DNA of 64,000 bases from Marinicella sp. (GTDB taxonomy: Bacteria; Pseudomonadota; Gammaproteobacteria; Xanthomonadales; Marinicellaceae), in NCBI GenBank assembly GCA_965230295.1, contig OZ246001.1, positions 1,760,001 through 1,824,000 on the forward strand, written 5' to 3'. This document shows, piece after piece, positions 39,560 to 48,026 of this stretch. The position numbers and the translations under genes were made by a program. Below the pieces are notes generated by a model. It made no database searches. It had not been told where the DNA came from and worked only from the letters and a program-made list of their open reading frames with translations. Each line of letters opens with the position of its first letter. The first letter of the stretch is position 1.

Positions 39560-41274
39560 GCAAGAAACCCATTCACATTTCATTTGTTGTACACCGCGGC
39601 TTTCTGGAAACACAGTCTGTCTTACTTGTTTGTTCCATTTTGAATGTCTACGGCAATAAGGTGAAGATTCATGCAGGGGTTCCAGAACACCTGGGCGGTG
39701 TCGAATCAGGAATCAGCCATGAATTCAAAAACATTTTAACCGAGTTGGGTGTTGAGTTTTTTACAGTAAAAAATCCGATTGGTGAAGACTATCCAATTGG
39801 TAATAAGCTGGGTTGTTTCGCCAAAGTTGATTCCGGAATAAGAATATTTTTAGATACAGATGTTCTCCTTTTGAGACCGTTGGATTTAACCGGCCTCTCC
39901 GATGACAGCATCGCCATTAAGCCAGCAGATAGAAAAACATATAAATGGAGTGATGGAGACTGGAGTTACGCCTATGAAAAATACAGTAAGGCAACACCAA
40001 GCCTGGTTCAAATGTATTCAACTTGTTTCAATGAGTTGATGCGCCCTTATTACAATGCTGGGGTCATCATATTGAGTGGATGTCATGATTTCAGTGAAGC
40101 TTGGAGCTCAATCTCAAAGCAAGTAGACAGTGATGAAAACTTAGCCAATAAAAGACCTTGGCTGGATCAGCTGGCCTTACCGCTGGCCATCAAAAAACTT
40201 GGTTTAAAAGCCACTAACCTCAGTGAGCAATATAACTTTCCTGCGCACTTAAAAACTGTTCCAGCAGACCCTCCTTGCATTGTTCACTATCACTGGGCAA
40301 ACATATTATCCAGAGACCACCAGCTGCTAAAATACGTGAAAAAACTGGCTGACTCGTATCCTGTTTTGTCTGCAGTTTTTAGCGCCTCGTCTCAACAGTG
40401 GCAAGATTTAAATGGATTGATCAAGCAAAAGCGCAAAAAAGAGGTGTTCAGCAAAGATTGTTCCGGCAGGAACATCATTCTGACCGGCATTCCACGAAGC
40501 GGTACCAGTCACTTGTGTTCTCTGTTATCAAAGTACAATGACACTTTTGTTTTGAATGAGCCCAAAGAAGTGATCAGGCCCATTAACAGGCAGCCTATTC
40601 CTTATGGCGTTGATGGGTTTTATGCAGAAATAAGAAAAAACATTCGCTTGAATAAGCCAATTGAAAACAAGCACATTGACGGAAAGATCATCTCCGACAC
40701 AACAGTTGAAGACGAAAGAACACTCTATAGTAAGCCAGACTTAACACCAAACTACCACTTATATACAAAGAATACTTTAGGCTACTTGTTTGCCATTGAG
40801 CGCCTCAAACAAACCATGCCGGATACAAAAATATTCTCATTGTTCAGAAACCCGGTTGATACGATCGCCTCATGGAAGAACAGTTTTGAGCATTTAGAAA
40901 AATCTTTGCCGCTTGAGCTGAAAACCATAAGGTTGCAAAGTAGGTGGTTAAACAAGAAAGACAACCTGAGTCTGATGCAGATCAATTCTTGTGATGATGA
41001 CTGTATCAGAAGGGCAATCTTTTGGAATTTTTTGGCCATTAGGATGATCAAGAATGCACATTTAATTAATCTTTTGCATTATGATGATTTGATACTAGAC
41101 ACGAATCGAGCGATCAATAAAATCAGGAATTTGGCAGGCCATGAGGCAGATGAAATGGTTTTAAAATCTTCTGATATCAGGTCAAAGCGATCTGCATTGA
41201 GTGATGCTGAAATCAACTTAATCGAAGAAATAACCCACAATACTTACCAACAACTGTTGCGCTTAAAAATTTAA
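39556..41274 (+). CDS. GT8-like glycosyltransferase fused to a sulfotransferase
   Basis: N-half FLDTD, YYNAGV, LDQLAL, YNFP, IVHYH; C-half LTGIPRSGTS, LNEP, RNPVDTIASW. Confidence 0.8.
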   Translation: MSKKPIHISFVVHRGFLETQSVLLVCSILNVYGNKVKIHAGVPEHLGGVESGISHEFKNILTELGVEFFTVKNPIGEDYPIGNKLGCFAKVDSGIRIFLDTDVLLLRPLDLTGLSDDSIAIKPADRKTYKWSDGDWSYAYEKYSKATPSLVQMYSTCFNELMRPYYNAGVIILSGCHDFSEAWSSISKQVDSDENLANKRPWLDQLALPLAIKKLGLKATNLSEQYNFPAHLKTVPADPPCIVHYHWANILSRDHQLLKYVKKLADSYPVLSAVFSASSQQWQDLNGLIKQKRKKEVFSKDCSGRNIILTGIPRSGTSHLCSLLSKYNDTFVLNEPKEVIRPINRQPIPYGVDGFYAEIRKNIRLNKPIENKHIDGKIISDTTVEDERTLYSKPDLTPNYHLYTKNTLGYLFAIERLKQTMPDTKIFSLFRNPVDTIASWKNSFEHLEKSLPLELKTIRLQSRWLNKKDNLSLMQINSCDDDCIRRAIFWNFLAIRMIKNAHLINLLHYDDLILDTNRAINKIRNLAGHEADEMVLKSSDIRSKRSALSDAEINLIEEITHNTYQQLLRLKI

Positions 41275-41291
41275 CCAACGGTTTGTTACAT

Positions 41292-42116
41292 TCAATCGTA
41301 TTCGAAGTTATCGTAAAACTTCTTGTAGTGATCACCGTATTTAACCAGATAGTCCTGGATTAATTGTTTTTCACTGTGGTCGTAATATTTGTTTTTATTT
41401 CCTGATTCAAGCTTATTGATGTCAGGTGAATTATTGCCTGTTATTTGACTGATGATTCCATGGGTGTCTGTTAACAGGTCTTCATATTTGATAATTTCAA
41501 CAGCGTTTAAGTGGTTGAAAAACTCCCGGTAAAACCAATCAATGATCAAAACCTGTTTATGCAACAAGTCTGTTGATCCTGAAGTAAAGTCTAAAAAATC
41601 AGTTGAATATTTCTCAGCTATTTTCATGTTGCCGAAACTGACTGGTATTTTCAGCGACCGCCATGACATGATGCATGAAATCGGATTTCGAATGATGCCA
41701 TATATTTTGAATTCATTGGTCTTGATCAAATCACTGAGGCAGGCGGTGAATTGCGCATTTGATTTGATATAAAAAGGGTACTTGGCATATGCCTTCTCTA
41801 ACTGCACCCACTCTTCATTCTTAATTGTGATGACTTCACCACTGTTGTCTCTTTTGTAATAATTTGTGGGCGTCTTTTGCGTTTCTTTGTTAATTTTCAG
41901 CTTTAAGGGTTTGTTTTGATCAATGTCGGTCCTGAGTCTTGCAATTTGAAACAGCAGTTCTTTGGTAAACGCATCGCTGGTTTCACTTGATTGCCTGATT
42001 AATTTCAACCATTCTGGCTCACTGAACACAACAGCTTTTTGGCTGTCTGCAATTAGTGATGTAATGAGGGTTGTCCCTGATCTGGGAATACCGGTTATGA
42101 GGTTATTTGATTTCAT
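41292..42116 (-). CDS. Sulfotransferase
   Basis: ITGIPRSGTT, FSEP, IRNPISCIMSW, KYEDL. Confidence 0.85.
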   Translation of the reverse strand: MKSNNLITGIPRSGTTLITSLIADSQKAVVFSEPEWLKLIRQSSETSDAFTKELLFQIARLRTDIDQNKPLKLKINKETQKTPTNYYKRDNSGEVITIKNEEWVQLEKAYAKYPFYIKSNAQFTACLSDLIKTNEFKIYGIIRNPISCIMSWRSLKIPVSFGNMKIAEKYSTDFLDFTSGSTDLLHKQVLIIDWFYREFFNHLNAVEIIKYEDLLTDTHGIISQITGNNSPDINKLESGNKNKYYDHSEKQLIQDYLVKYGDHYKKFYDNFEYD

Positions 42117-42125
42117 TGAGATATA

Positions 42126-42160
42126 AAAAAACCCTGACATCAAATGTTCAGGGTTTTTTT
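42126..42160 (-). terminator. Intrinsic terminator of the 248-aa secreted protein gene
   Basis: A7-CCCTGA...TCAGGG-T-tract hairpin ~20 bp after the stop. Confidence 0.85.
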
Positions 42161-42182
42161 ATTACTTTGTTTTAATAAACAA

Positions 42183-42929
42183 TTATGGTCCGCAAGATCC
42201 ACCAATAAATGTTTGTCTTCTGCTTTCGAATTCATCTAAGAAGTACAATGAGCCAAGGCCGGCATTGTTACTTTTATCCATTGAACCCAATCGAGCTCTG
42301 GTGATGAAAGGCCATTTAACAGAAGTGTTCAAGCCAGTTAAATCAACGGCTGGAGTATCAGACTCAGCAGTGGCATTAACCCATAACTTGAATGTACCAG
42401 CTGTTAAGTCAACATCATACTCAACTCTTGTAGGAGCGTCAGGGATGTCAACAAAATGACGGCTCTTGTTTTGAGCAGCAGATCCACCATTGTCCTGACG
42501 AACAAACAGATCTAAGCGGTATTGGTTGGCAACAACACTTTCAAGTTTAATTTGCACGATGTCAGAGTTGTCGCAGTTACCACCAGCACATTGAGCTTGG
42601 TGAACTTTAACCCTTCTGTTTGAACCAGTTGTGTTCATAGGCAGAGAGTTAGGATCAAGACAAAACGCAGCACGATATCTGGTTTCTTGGTTTGGAGAAC
42701 CGTCCTGAACAAAGTGTCTGCTTGCCTGACCACCGTTTTGGTTGATCACTTCCAGAGCAAGACCACATTGAGTGCCCGCTTGTGCGGCAGCTGCAGTGAT
42801 GTTCATCCCATTAGTAGGGTTGTTATATTGTCCCCATGCAGCACCATTGGTGTTGTCACATTGTGCCATCGCAACAGTACCAAATAACATGGCTGTTGTA
42901 GCTACTACTATTTTATTGATTAATTTCAT
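42183..42929 (-). CDS. Secreted Cys-containing beta-sandwich protein of unknown function (candidate surface scaffold)
   Basis: RBS GAAGG, signal peptide ending AMA-Q, six Cys, motifs FVQDGSP..E.RYRAAF.LDPN and FLDEFESRRQTFIG. Confidence 0.8.
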   Translation of the reverse strand: MKLINKIVVATTAMLFGTVAMAQCDNTNGAAWGQYNNPTNGMNITAAAAQAGTQCGLALEVINQNGGQASRHFVQDGSPNQETRYRAAFCLDPNSLPMNTTGSNRRVKVHQAQCAGGNCDNSDIVQIKLESVVANQYRLDLFVRQDNGGSAAQNKSRHFVDIPDAPTRVEYDVDLTAGTFKLWVNATAESDTPAVDLTGLNTSVKWPFITRARLGSMDKSNNAGLGSLYFLDEFESRRQTFIGGSCGP

Positions 42930-43009
42930 ATTTACCTTCTATTTTTAATTGAATATATATTATAACGGCCTTTTTTTGATTATCGGTCAAATTAATTTCA
43001 TTTTTTTTA

Positions 43010-43960
43010 TTACCACATATGTTCTGTCATATTTAACGCCTTTAATACCACGTCCCTCTCATTTTCCAAAGTGAATAATTTTGATTCCTGTTTGGCCTTT
43101 TTTAATAATTGATTCTTAACACCATCATCCATTGCGCATACTTGATGAATAGAGCTTGCCATACTTTCAGTGTCATATGCACTGACAAAGCATGTTTCCA
43201 TGTGTTTTGAGTATGAGCGGTTACCGACACAATCAGGGATAATCACCAACGAGTCCAGCATCATGGCTTCAACGCCAGGGATATAATGTTCTTCTACTTG
43301 TTTTGGCAGGTGGACTGACAAATGGCTTTGTGCCAATTTCATCTGAAATTCCTTTTTTGAGATCCAACCGTCAATGACTTCAATCCTGGCATTCAATTCA
43401 TTGAGCATTGACTTCAGTTGTGTGGCCATGGGTGGGTTTTTATTACCGACAATCAAAACATCATAAATTTTTTGGTGCATAAGGTTTTGGGCTTCTTCAA
43501 AGATGCCAACACCATTTGGCAAGAAGATTGTCTCCCCATTGGTGTTGGGGTGGTTGTTGGTGGCATCATACAGTTCTCTGCTGGGACAAAGTCGGATGGC
43601 CTTTCTTGGCAGGAAGTCAAAAGATTTATGTCCAGGCTTAACGGCCCTGAAGTTATTGACTGGTGAGACTATAGGCATGGAGTCAGGAATGGTTCTTTGG
43701 GCAGAGTATTTAATCCAGTCTTTGCCTGAGTTTAAAAACAGAATATCAGGTTCCTCTTTCAAATCTTTCAGGGTGGGCATTTCTTCAAAACAACTAAACC
43801 AGGGTAAATGCTCATCCCAAATAGAGTCTTCATCAAAATAAATAACCGGTTTATAGTCTTTAAAACCTTTGATGTGATTAAAAAAATCAAAGGTCTTGTG
43901 GTGTGCTCCCCTGACCACCCCCTTTAAACCAAAGTGTTGGTAAAATAATACTGTTTTCAT
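43010..43960 (-). CDS. GT-B (GT4-like) glycosyltransferase, paralog of 36665-37597
   Basis: DVLIVGNKNP, EEHYIPGVEAMML. Confidence 0.8.
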   Translation of the reverse strand: MKTVLFYQHFGLKGVVRGAHHKTFDFFNHIKGFKDYKPVIYFDEDSIWDEHLPWFSCFEEMPTLKDLKEEPDILFLNSGKDWIKYSAQRTIPDSMPIVSPVNNFRAVKPGHKSFDFLPRKAIRLCPSRELYDATNNHPNTNGETIFLPNGVGIFEEAQNLMHQKIYDVLIVGNKNPPMATQLKSMLNELNARIEVIDGWISKKEFQMKLAQSHLSVHLPKQVEEHYIPGVEAMMLDSLVIIPDCVGNRSYSKHMETCFVSAYDTESMASSIHQVCAMDDGVKNQLLKKAKQESKLFTLENERDVVLKALNMTEHMW

Positions 43961-43981
43961 AGTTTTGAATTTTAATAATAA

Positions 43982-44623
43982 TTAAAACATCTTATCAATC
44001 AGGCTGAAGTATTCTGCCAATAAATCTTTATTGACCAAATCAGCTGCCTTGCGTTTGTTGGAGTGGATGGGTTTGATGGGTTCGTTGTTTGAGTACGTGA
44101 CGTTGTTCTTATCAAAAAACAAGACCAACTCTTCAGCCCATTGAGCAGATCTTGTGACATCAATTTCTAAAAAGTTCTGTTTGTTTTGAAAGTGAACCCT
44201 CGCTTGCTTGTGGTAAAGGTCTCTGTCTAAAAGCCATTTTTTAAGTGCAATGGCTTCGTTGGTATAAAAATCTTTGGCCATTTTCCCATATTTTTTTTTG
44301 GTGAGCACCGTTTGGTGGTCGACATTGTCATTGTGTCTCATGACATGCTTGACTCGTGAATACAGCCATTCCTTTTTATCTCTGGTGTTCAGGATAAATA
44401 AACTGTTTGGAAACCATTTTTCCAACAGGGTGAAGTTACATTGTTCGCCATCGGTGTAACATTGGTCGATAAAATAGTCTTTGCCCTTTTTGACATAACT
44501 ATAATGGCACCACTCTGTATTATGAACACTGGATAAACCACATGATTTGAAAAAACGGTGTAGAGATGTGGTTCCCGTTTTATTGAAACCAATACAAAAG
44601 ATTTTTTGCTCCTTTTTGCTCAT
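43982..44623 (-). CDS. Sulfotransferase
   Basis: KIFCIGFNKTGTTS, FILNTR..EWLYS. Confidence 0.85.
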   Translation of the reverse strand: MSKKEQKIFCIGFNKTGTTSLHRFFKSCGLSSVHNTEWCHYSYVKKGKDYFIDQCYTDGEQCNFTLLEKWFPNSLFILNTRDKKEWLYSRVKHVMRHNDNVDHQTVLTKKKYGKMAKDFYTNEAIALKKWLLDRDLYHKQARVHFQNKQNFLEIDVTRSAQWAEELVLFFDKNNVTYSNNEPIKPIHSNKRKAADLVNKDLLAEYFSLIDKMF

Positions 44624-44648
44624 AGTAGCGTCATTGATGGATTAAAGG

Positions 44649-45350
44649 CTAAATGCAAATTTCTAACAACTTGTCATAAAGCGGTAAAAGATTTTTTGGG
44701 CAATCATCTCGGGCATAGTTATTTTGATTAACTAAATTTTTATCAAAAAACTCAACGTTGTTATTGGCAGTTAACTGCAACTGAGAACTGATTAAGTCTA
44801 TTTTTTTAAGGTATTCGGTATGCTCCAAATCAAAGTTAATAATTGGAAATTCAGATTGATGATAAATACCAATTAATTTTTCATTATAGACCTGCCATAA
44901 GTGGCTTGCCTGTTCCTCGGACATGGTCAAGTTTTTATGTTTTCTGGCCAAGAGTGATTGAATGACCGCAACAGGGTGTCTAATGGTCCCAACCAGCTGA
45001 TGGTTTGGAATCTCATCTTTCCAAAATGAGTAAGCCAATACCATTCTGGGGTCTTTTATTCCCCATGGCTTGGGCACCTTTTGATAATTTGCAATGACTT
45101 GATCTCTTCTTGTTGCCAACTCATTGTTCCAGGTTAGTGGGCCCGTTGGAGGACTTCTCCAGCTGCCCTGGTTGTGCTGTAAAAGAGACTCATTCAATTT
45201 GAAAACGTCTTTGTTTTCTTGATTGCCTTTTTTGTTGTGTTTGTTGGAGTCAGAGACTGTTCCCAAATTCAGGCCAAAATCTTTTAAACAACCGGTCAGA
45301 CAACTGGTGCCACTGCGGTGCATGCCAAGTATGATAATGGCGTCACTCAT
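44649..45350 (-). CDS. Sulfotransferase
   Basis: ILGMHRSGTS, WGIKDPR, RHPVAVIQSL. Confidence 0.88.
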   Translation of the reverse strand: MSDAIIILGMHRSGTSCLTGCLKDFGLNLGTVSDSNKHNKKGNQENKDVFKLNESLLQHNQGSWRSPPTGPLTWNNELATRRDQVIANYQKVPKPWGIKDPRMVLAYSFWKDEIPNHQLVGTIRHPVAVIQSLLARKHKNLTMSEEQASHLWQVYNEKLIGIYHQSEFPIINFDLEHTEYLKKIDLISSQLQLTANNNVEFFDKNLVNQNNYARDDCPKNLLPLYDKLLEICI

Positions 45351-46176
45351 TGGATGTCAGTTTCGTGTAAAAAGAAGGGTCTTCTTCTATCATTTTGAAT
45401 ATTTTTTTACTGTTTTCCCGGTTTTTAAGCATTTCATATTTTAATGGCAAAAATAATTTCCTGGCGAGCCAACGAGGCATGATTTTTTTTGCCTTTTGAA
45501 ACCTTTCGAACCTTGATTCAAAATCTTTAACCTTATTTCTGTCTACTCGGGTTCCGGGGTTTCGGAATGCGGCTCCATGGTGATAAACCAAGTTTTCGTA
45601 TACACCAAACAGTAACGGGTGAAGGTCATGCTGGTTACTGCGATTGAGCTTATACCAGTCGATGTTCCTGTTATTCAACTTTCTTAACATCACACCACCC
45701 ACATCCCACACATCCTTGTTAAACTTATCTTTCCATGTGATACCCCCATGGTTCCAGTCTCCTTGTATCTCTTTCCAAAATTTGACTTTACAAATACAAA
45801 AACAAGGGTGAGGTTGAATGTCGCCATTGTTTTCATACCTTTGGACGGCAGCCAGCGGGTATTGTTTTAGCGCGGTTGAAAATAAATTATCAAGTGGAGC
45901 AATGGGGAAAGCATCTCCATCCAAAAACATCAAATAGTCGTCTTCTGATTCTGCATTAAAAGCGGCCATATCAGCCAACAAATTGAGTTTAATGGGGTGG
46001 CTTTTGATGTCTTCTGTATTGGTATAAAAGAACTTTTCTTTGTGCATGCCTACTTTAGGTACATGGTTCAAAAACGCATAGACCTTAAAAGGTTCATTGA
46101 GGTTTTGATTTAAGTATTTCAGCTGTATGTCTATCCAATCAGCTGACTTCCAATGAATAGTGAGGACATGAATCAT
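45343..46176 (-). CDS. Putative GT-A fold glycosyltransferase
   Basis: MFLDGDAFP (DxD), HPCF, DVGG, YHHG; locus context. Confidence 0.55.
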   Translation of the reverse strand: MIHVLTIHWKSADWIDIQLKYLNQNLNEPFKVYAFLNHVPKVGMHKEKFFYTNTEDIKSHPIKLNLLADMAAFNAESEDDYLMFLDGDAFPIAPLDNLFSTALKQYPLAAVQRYENNGDIQPHPCFCICKVKFWKEIQGDWNHGGITWKDKFNKDVWDVGGVMLRKLNNRNIDWYKLNRSNQHDLHPLLFGVYENLVYHHGAAFRNPGTRVDRNKVKDFESRFERFQKAKKIMPRWLARKLFLPLKYEMLKNRENSKKIFKMIEEDPSFYTKLTSNE

Positions 46177-46342
46177 GCTTAAACGATTAATTCTGTTAAT
46201 TTATTAAGTTAGCAAAGTATACAGTCACTCTACATTTAATCAAACACTAATGAATGGTAGATATGAAATGATTGAGGTATTAGCAGGTTTACTGTTTTAA
46301 AAAGTGTAAAATGGGCGTTTTTTTATTCCATAAAACTAACCT

Positions 46343-47011
46343 ATGAAAACGCTGAGTGAAAAAATCCAGGAAATCCAAAAGGCAGGAATTTTTTTAGGCG
46401 GGCCGCCTGAGCTGTTCGAAGATGCCGGGAGAAAGATGCTGATGGTGTTATTAAATGAAGGGTTGATGCCGTACTCTAAAGTTTTGGACATCGGTTGTGG
46501 TTGCTTGAGAGGTGGGTACTGGGTGATACGTTTTCTCAACAGTCAGGGTTACTATGGAATAGAGCCCAATAAAGCCATGTTGGCGGAAGGTTTAAATTGT
46601 TTGTTTTCAAGAGAAACGCTAGAACTGAAAAACCCCAGTTTTGATCACAATGAAGATTTCGATGTTTCAGTTTTCAACACCAAATTTGATTATTTTCTCG
46701 CCAGGTCTATTTGGACCCATGCATCAAAACAACAAATTTCCGTGATGTTAGACGGGTTTGCAAACCACACCAATCCGAAAGCCGTGTTTTTAACATCATT
46801 TGTCAATGCCAAGCTTGAAAGCGAGGAATACATGGAGCACAGCTGGGTTGGCAAAAGTCACAACTCTGATGAAGCAGGGATCGTGAAACACAGTTTCGAT
46901 TGGATTGAGTCAGAGTGTATAAACAGAGGCCTTCAGGCCGAAATCATTGTCAATGAAACTTTTGACCTAAGTAACAACCAAAGGTGGATAAAAATAACCC
47001 AAAAGTCATGA
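46343..47011 (+). CDS. Class I SAM-dependent methyltransferase
   Basis: VLDIGCGCLRGG, FDYFLARSIWTH. Confidence 0.88.
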   Translation: MKTLSEKIQEIQKAGIFLGGPPELFEDAGRKMLMVLLNEGLMPYSKVLDIGCGCLRGGYWVIRFLNSQGYYGIEPNKAMLAEGLNCLFSRETLELKNPSFDHNEDFDVSVFNTKFDYFLARSIWTHASKQQISVMLDGFANHTNPKAVFLTSFVNAKLESEEYMEHSWVGKSHNSDEAGIVKHSFDWIESECINRGLQAEIIVNETFDLSNNQRWIKITQKS

Positions 47012-47934
47012 AACACGCCATCCTATTTTGTGTTGAGGCAGGATTGCTTGAAAGCCAGACTCGCTTGTTGGTCAATTCGTTCAAACAATTTTCTCCTGGT
47101 AACAACCATCACCTGTTTGCATTTTCACCCAGAGAAAATTTTCGGCCAAGCAGCAAGACTTATGAGTATTTGGCCAGAAACCATGTGACACACATAGATC
47201 ACTGTTTAAATGATTCATTTTTGAATTACCCCATTGCCAACAAAATTTTAGCTTGTTCATATTTTGAGCAAAACATGCCTGAATTCGAATCAGTCATGTT
47301 CTTGGACACTGACACCGTCCTTTTGAATGATTTTGGCCTCAACGAGTTTGACTCCAAGGGGCTTTATCTAAAACCGGTTGGACACAAAGGACCGGGAACG
47401 GTCGGCAACGAAGATGCCAATGATGGTTTTTGGCAGCAAGTTTTTTCATTGTTTGAACTTGCTTTGCCAGCGGTTAAATTTCACACCACGATCAAAGACA
47501 CAGCGATTCGAGGTTATTTCAATGCTGGATTGGTGTGGTCAAATAAAGTACCTGGCTTTTTTCAGCAATGGGAACAAGATTTTTTGAAACTGATTGACTC
47601 CGGATTGACACCACCTGGGTTTGTTTCGAAAGATCGAAACAATTTCAGGTGTCTCGACCAAGTTGCGTTGGCAGTCACGGCAAGTCGATTTGATGAATGC
47701 ATCAAAATATTGCCTGCCGGATACAATCACCACATTCCATTCAGGCCCATGATGGTCGATAAGTATTGCCCAGATTTTAAGGACTTGATCCACATTCATT
47801 ATCACAAGTGGTTCCAACACCCTGGTTTTTTGGATCACATCACTACAGAACAAGAGAAACTATCCGTACAATACCAGTGGCTTAAGAAACAGTTGCCGTT
47901 AACACCAACCATCGATGATCAGTTCAAGTGTTGA
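47008..47934 (+). CDS. GT8-like glycosyltransferase, paralog of the 39556 N-half
   Basis: YPIANK, FLDTD, YFNAGL, LDQVAL, HIHYH. Confidence 0.75.
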   Translation: MKHAILFCVEAGLLESQTRLLVNSFKQFSPGNNHHLFAFSPRENFRPSSKTYEYLARNHVTHIDHCLNDSFLNYPIANKILACSYFEQNMPEFESVMFLDTDTVLLNDFGLNEFDSKGLYLKPVGHKGPGTVGNEDANDGFWQQVFSLFELALPAVKFHTTIKDTAIRGYFNAGLVWSNKVPGFFQQWEQDFLKLIDSGLTPPGFVSKDRNNFRCLDQVALAVTASRFDECIKILPAGYNHHIPFRPMMVDKYCPDFKDLIHIHYHKWFQHPGFLDHITTEQEKLSVQYQWLKKQLPLTPTIDDQFKC

Positions 47935-48026
47935 TCTGGAGCAGAGTGTCAGCTTTAATTTGACTTTTCTTGGGGTTTTTTTCTTCATCGGTTACAATCA
48001 ATGAATTCATTTTCTCATGACTTCTG

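Noticed and set aside
42201-42245. FLDEFE in the 248-aa protein as a fourth copy of the C-terminal tag
   Set aside because: Lacks the DLI lead and continues SRRQTFIG; better read as the domain's own last strand
42959-42990. Canonical sigma70 promoter TTGACC...TATAAT for the 248-aa gene
   Set aside because: Spacer is 20 bp, too long; only the -10 element is credible
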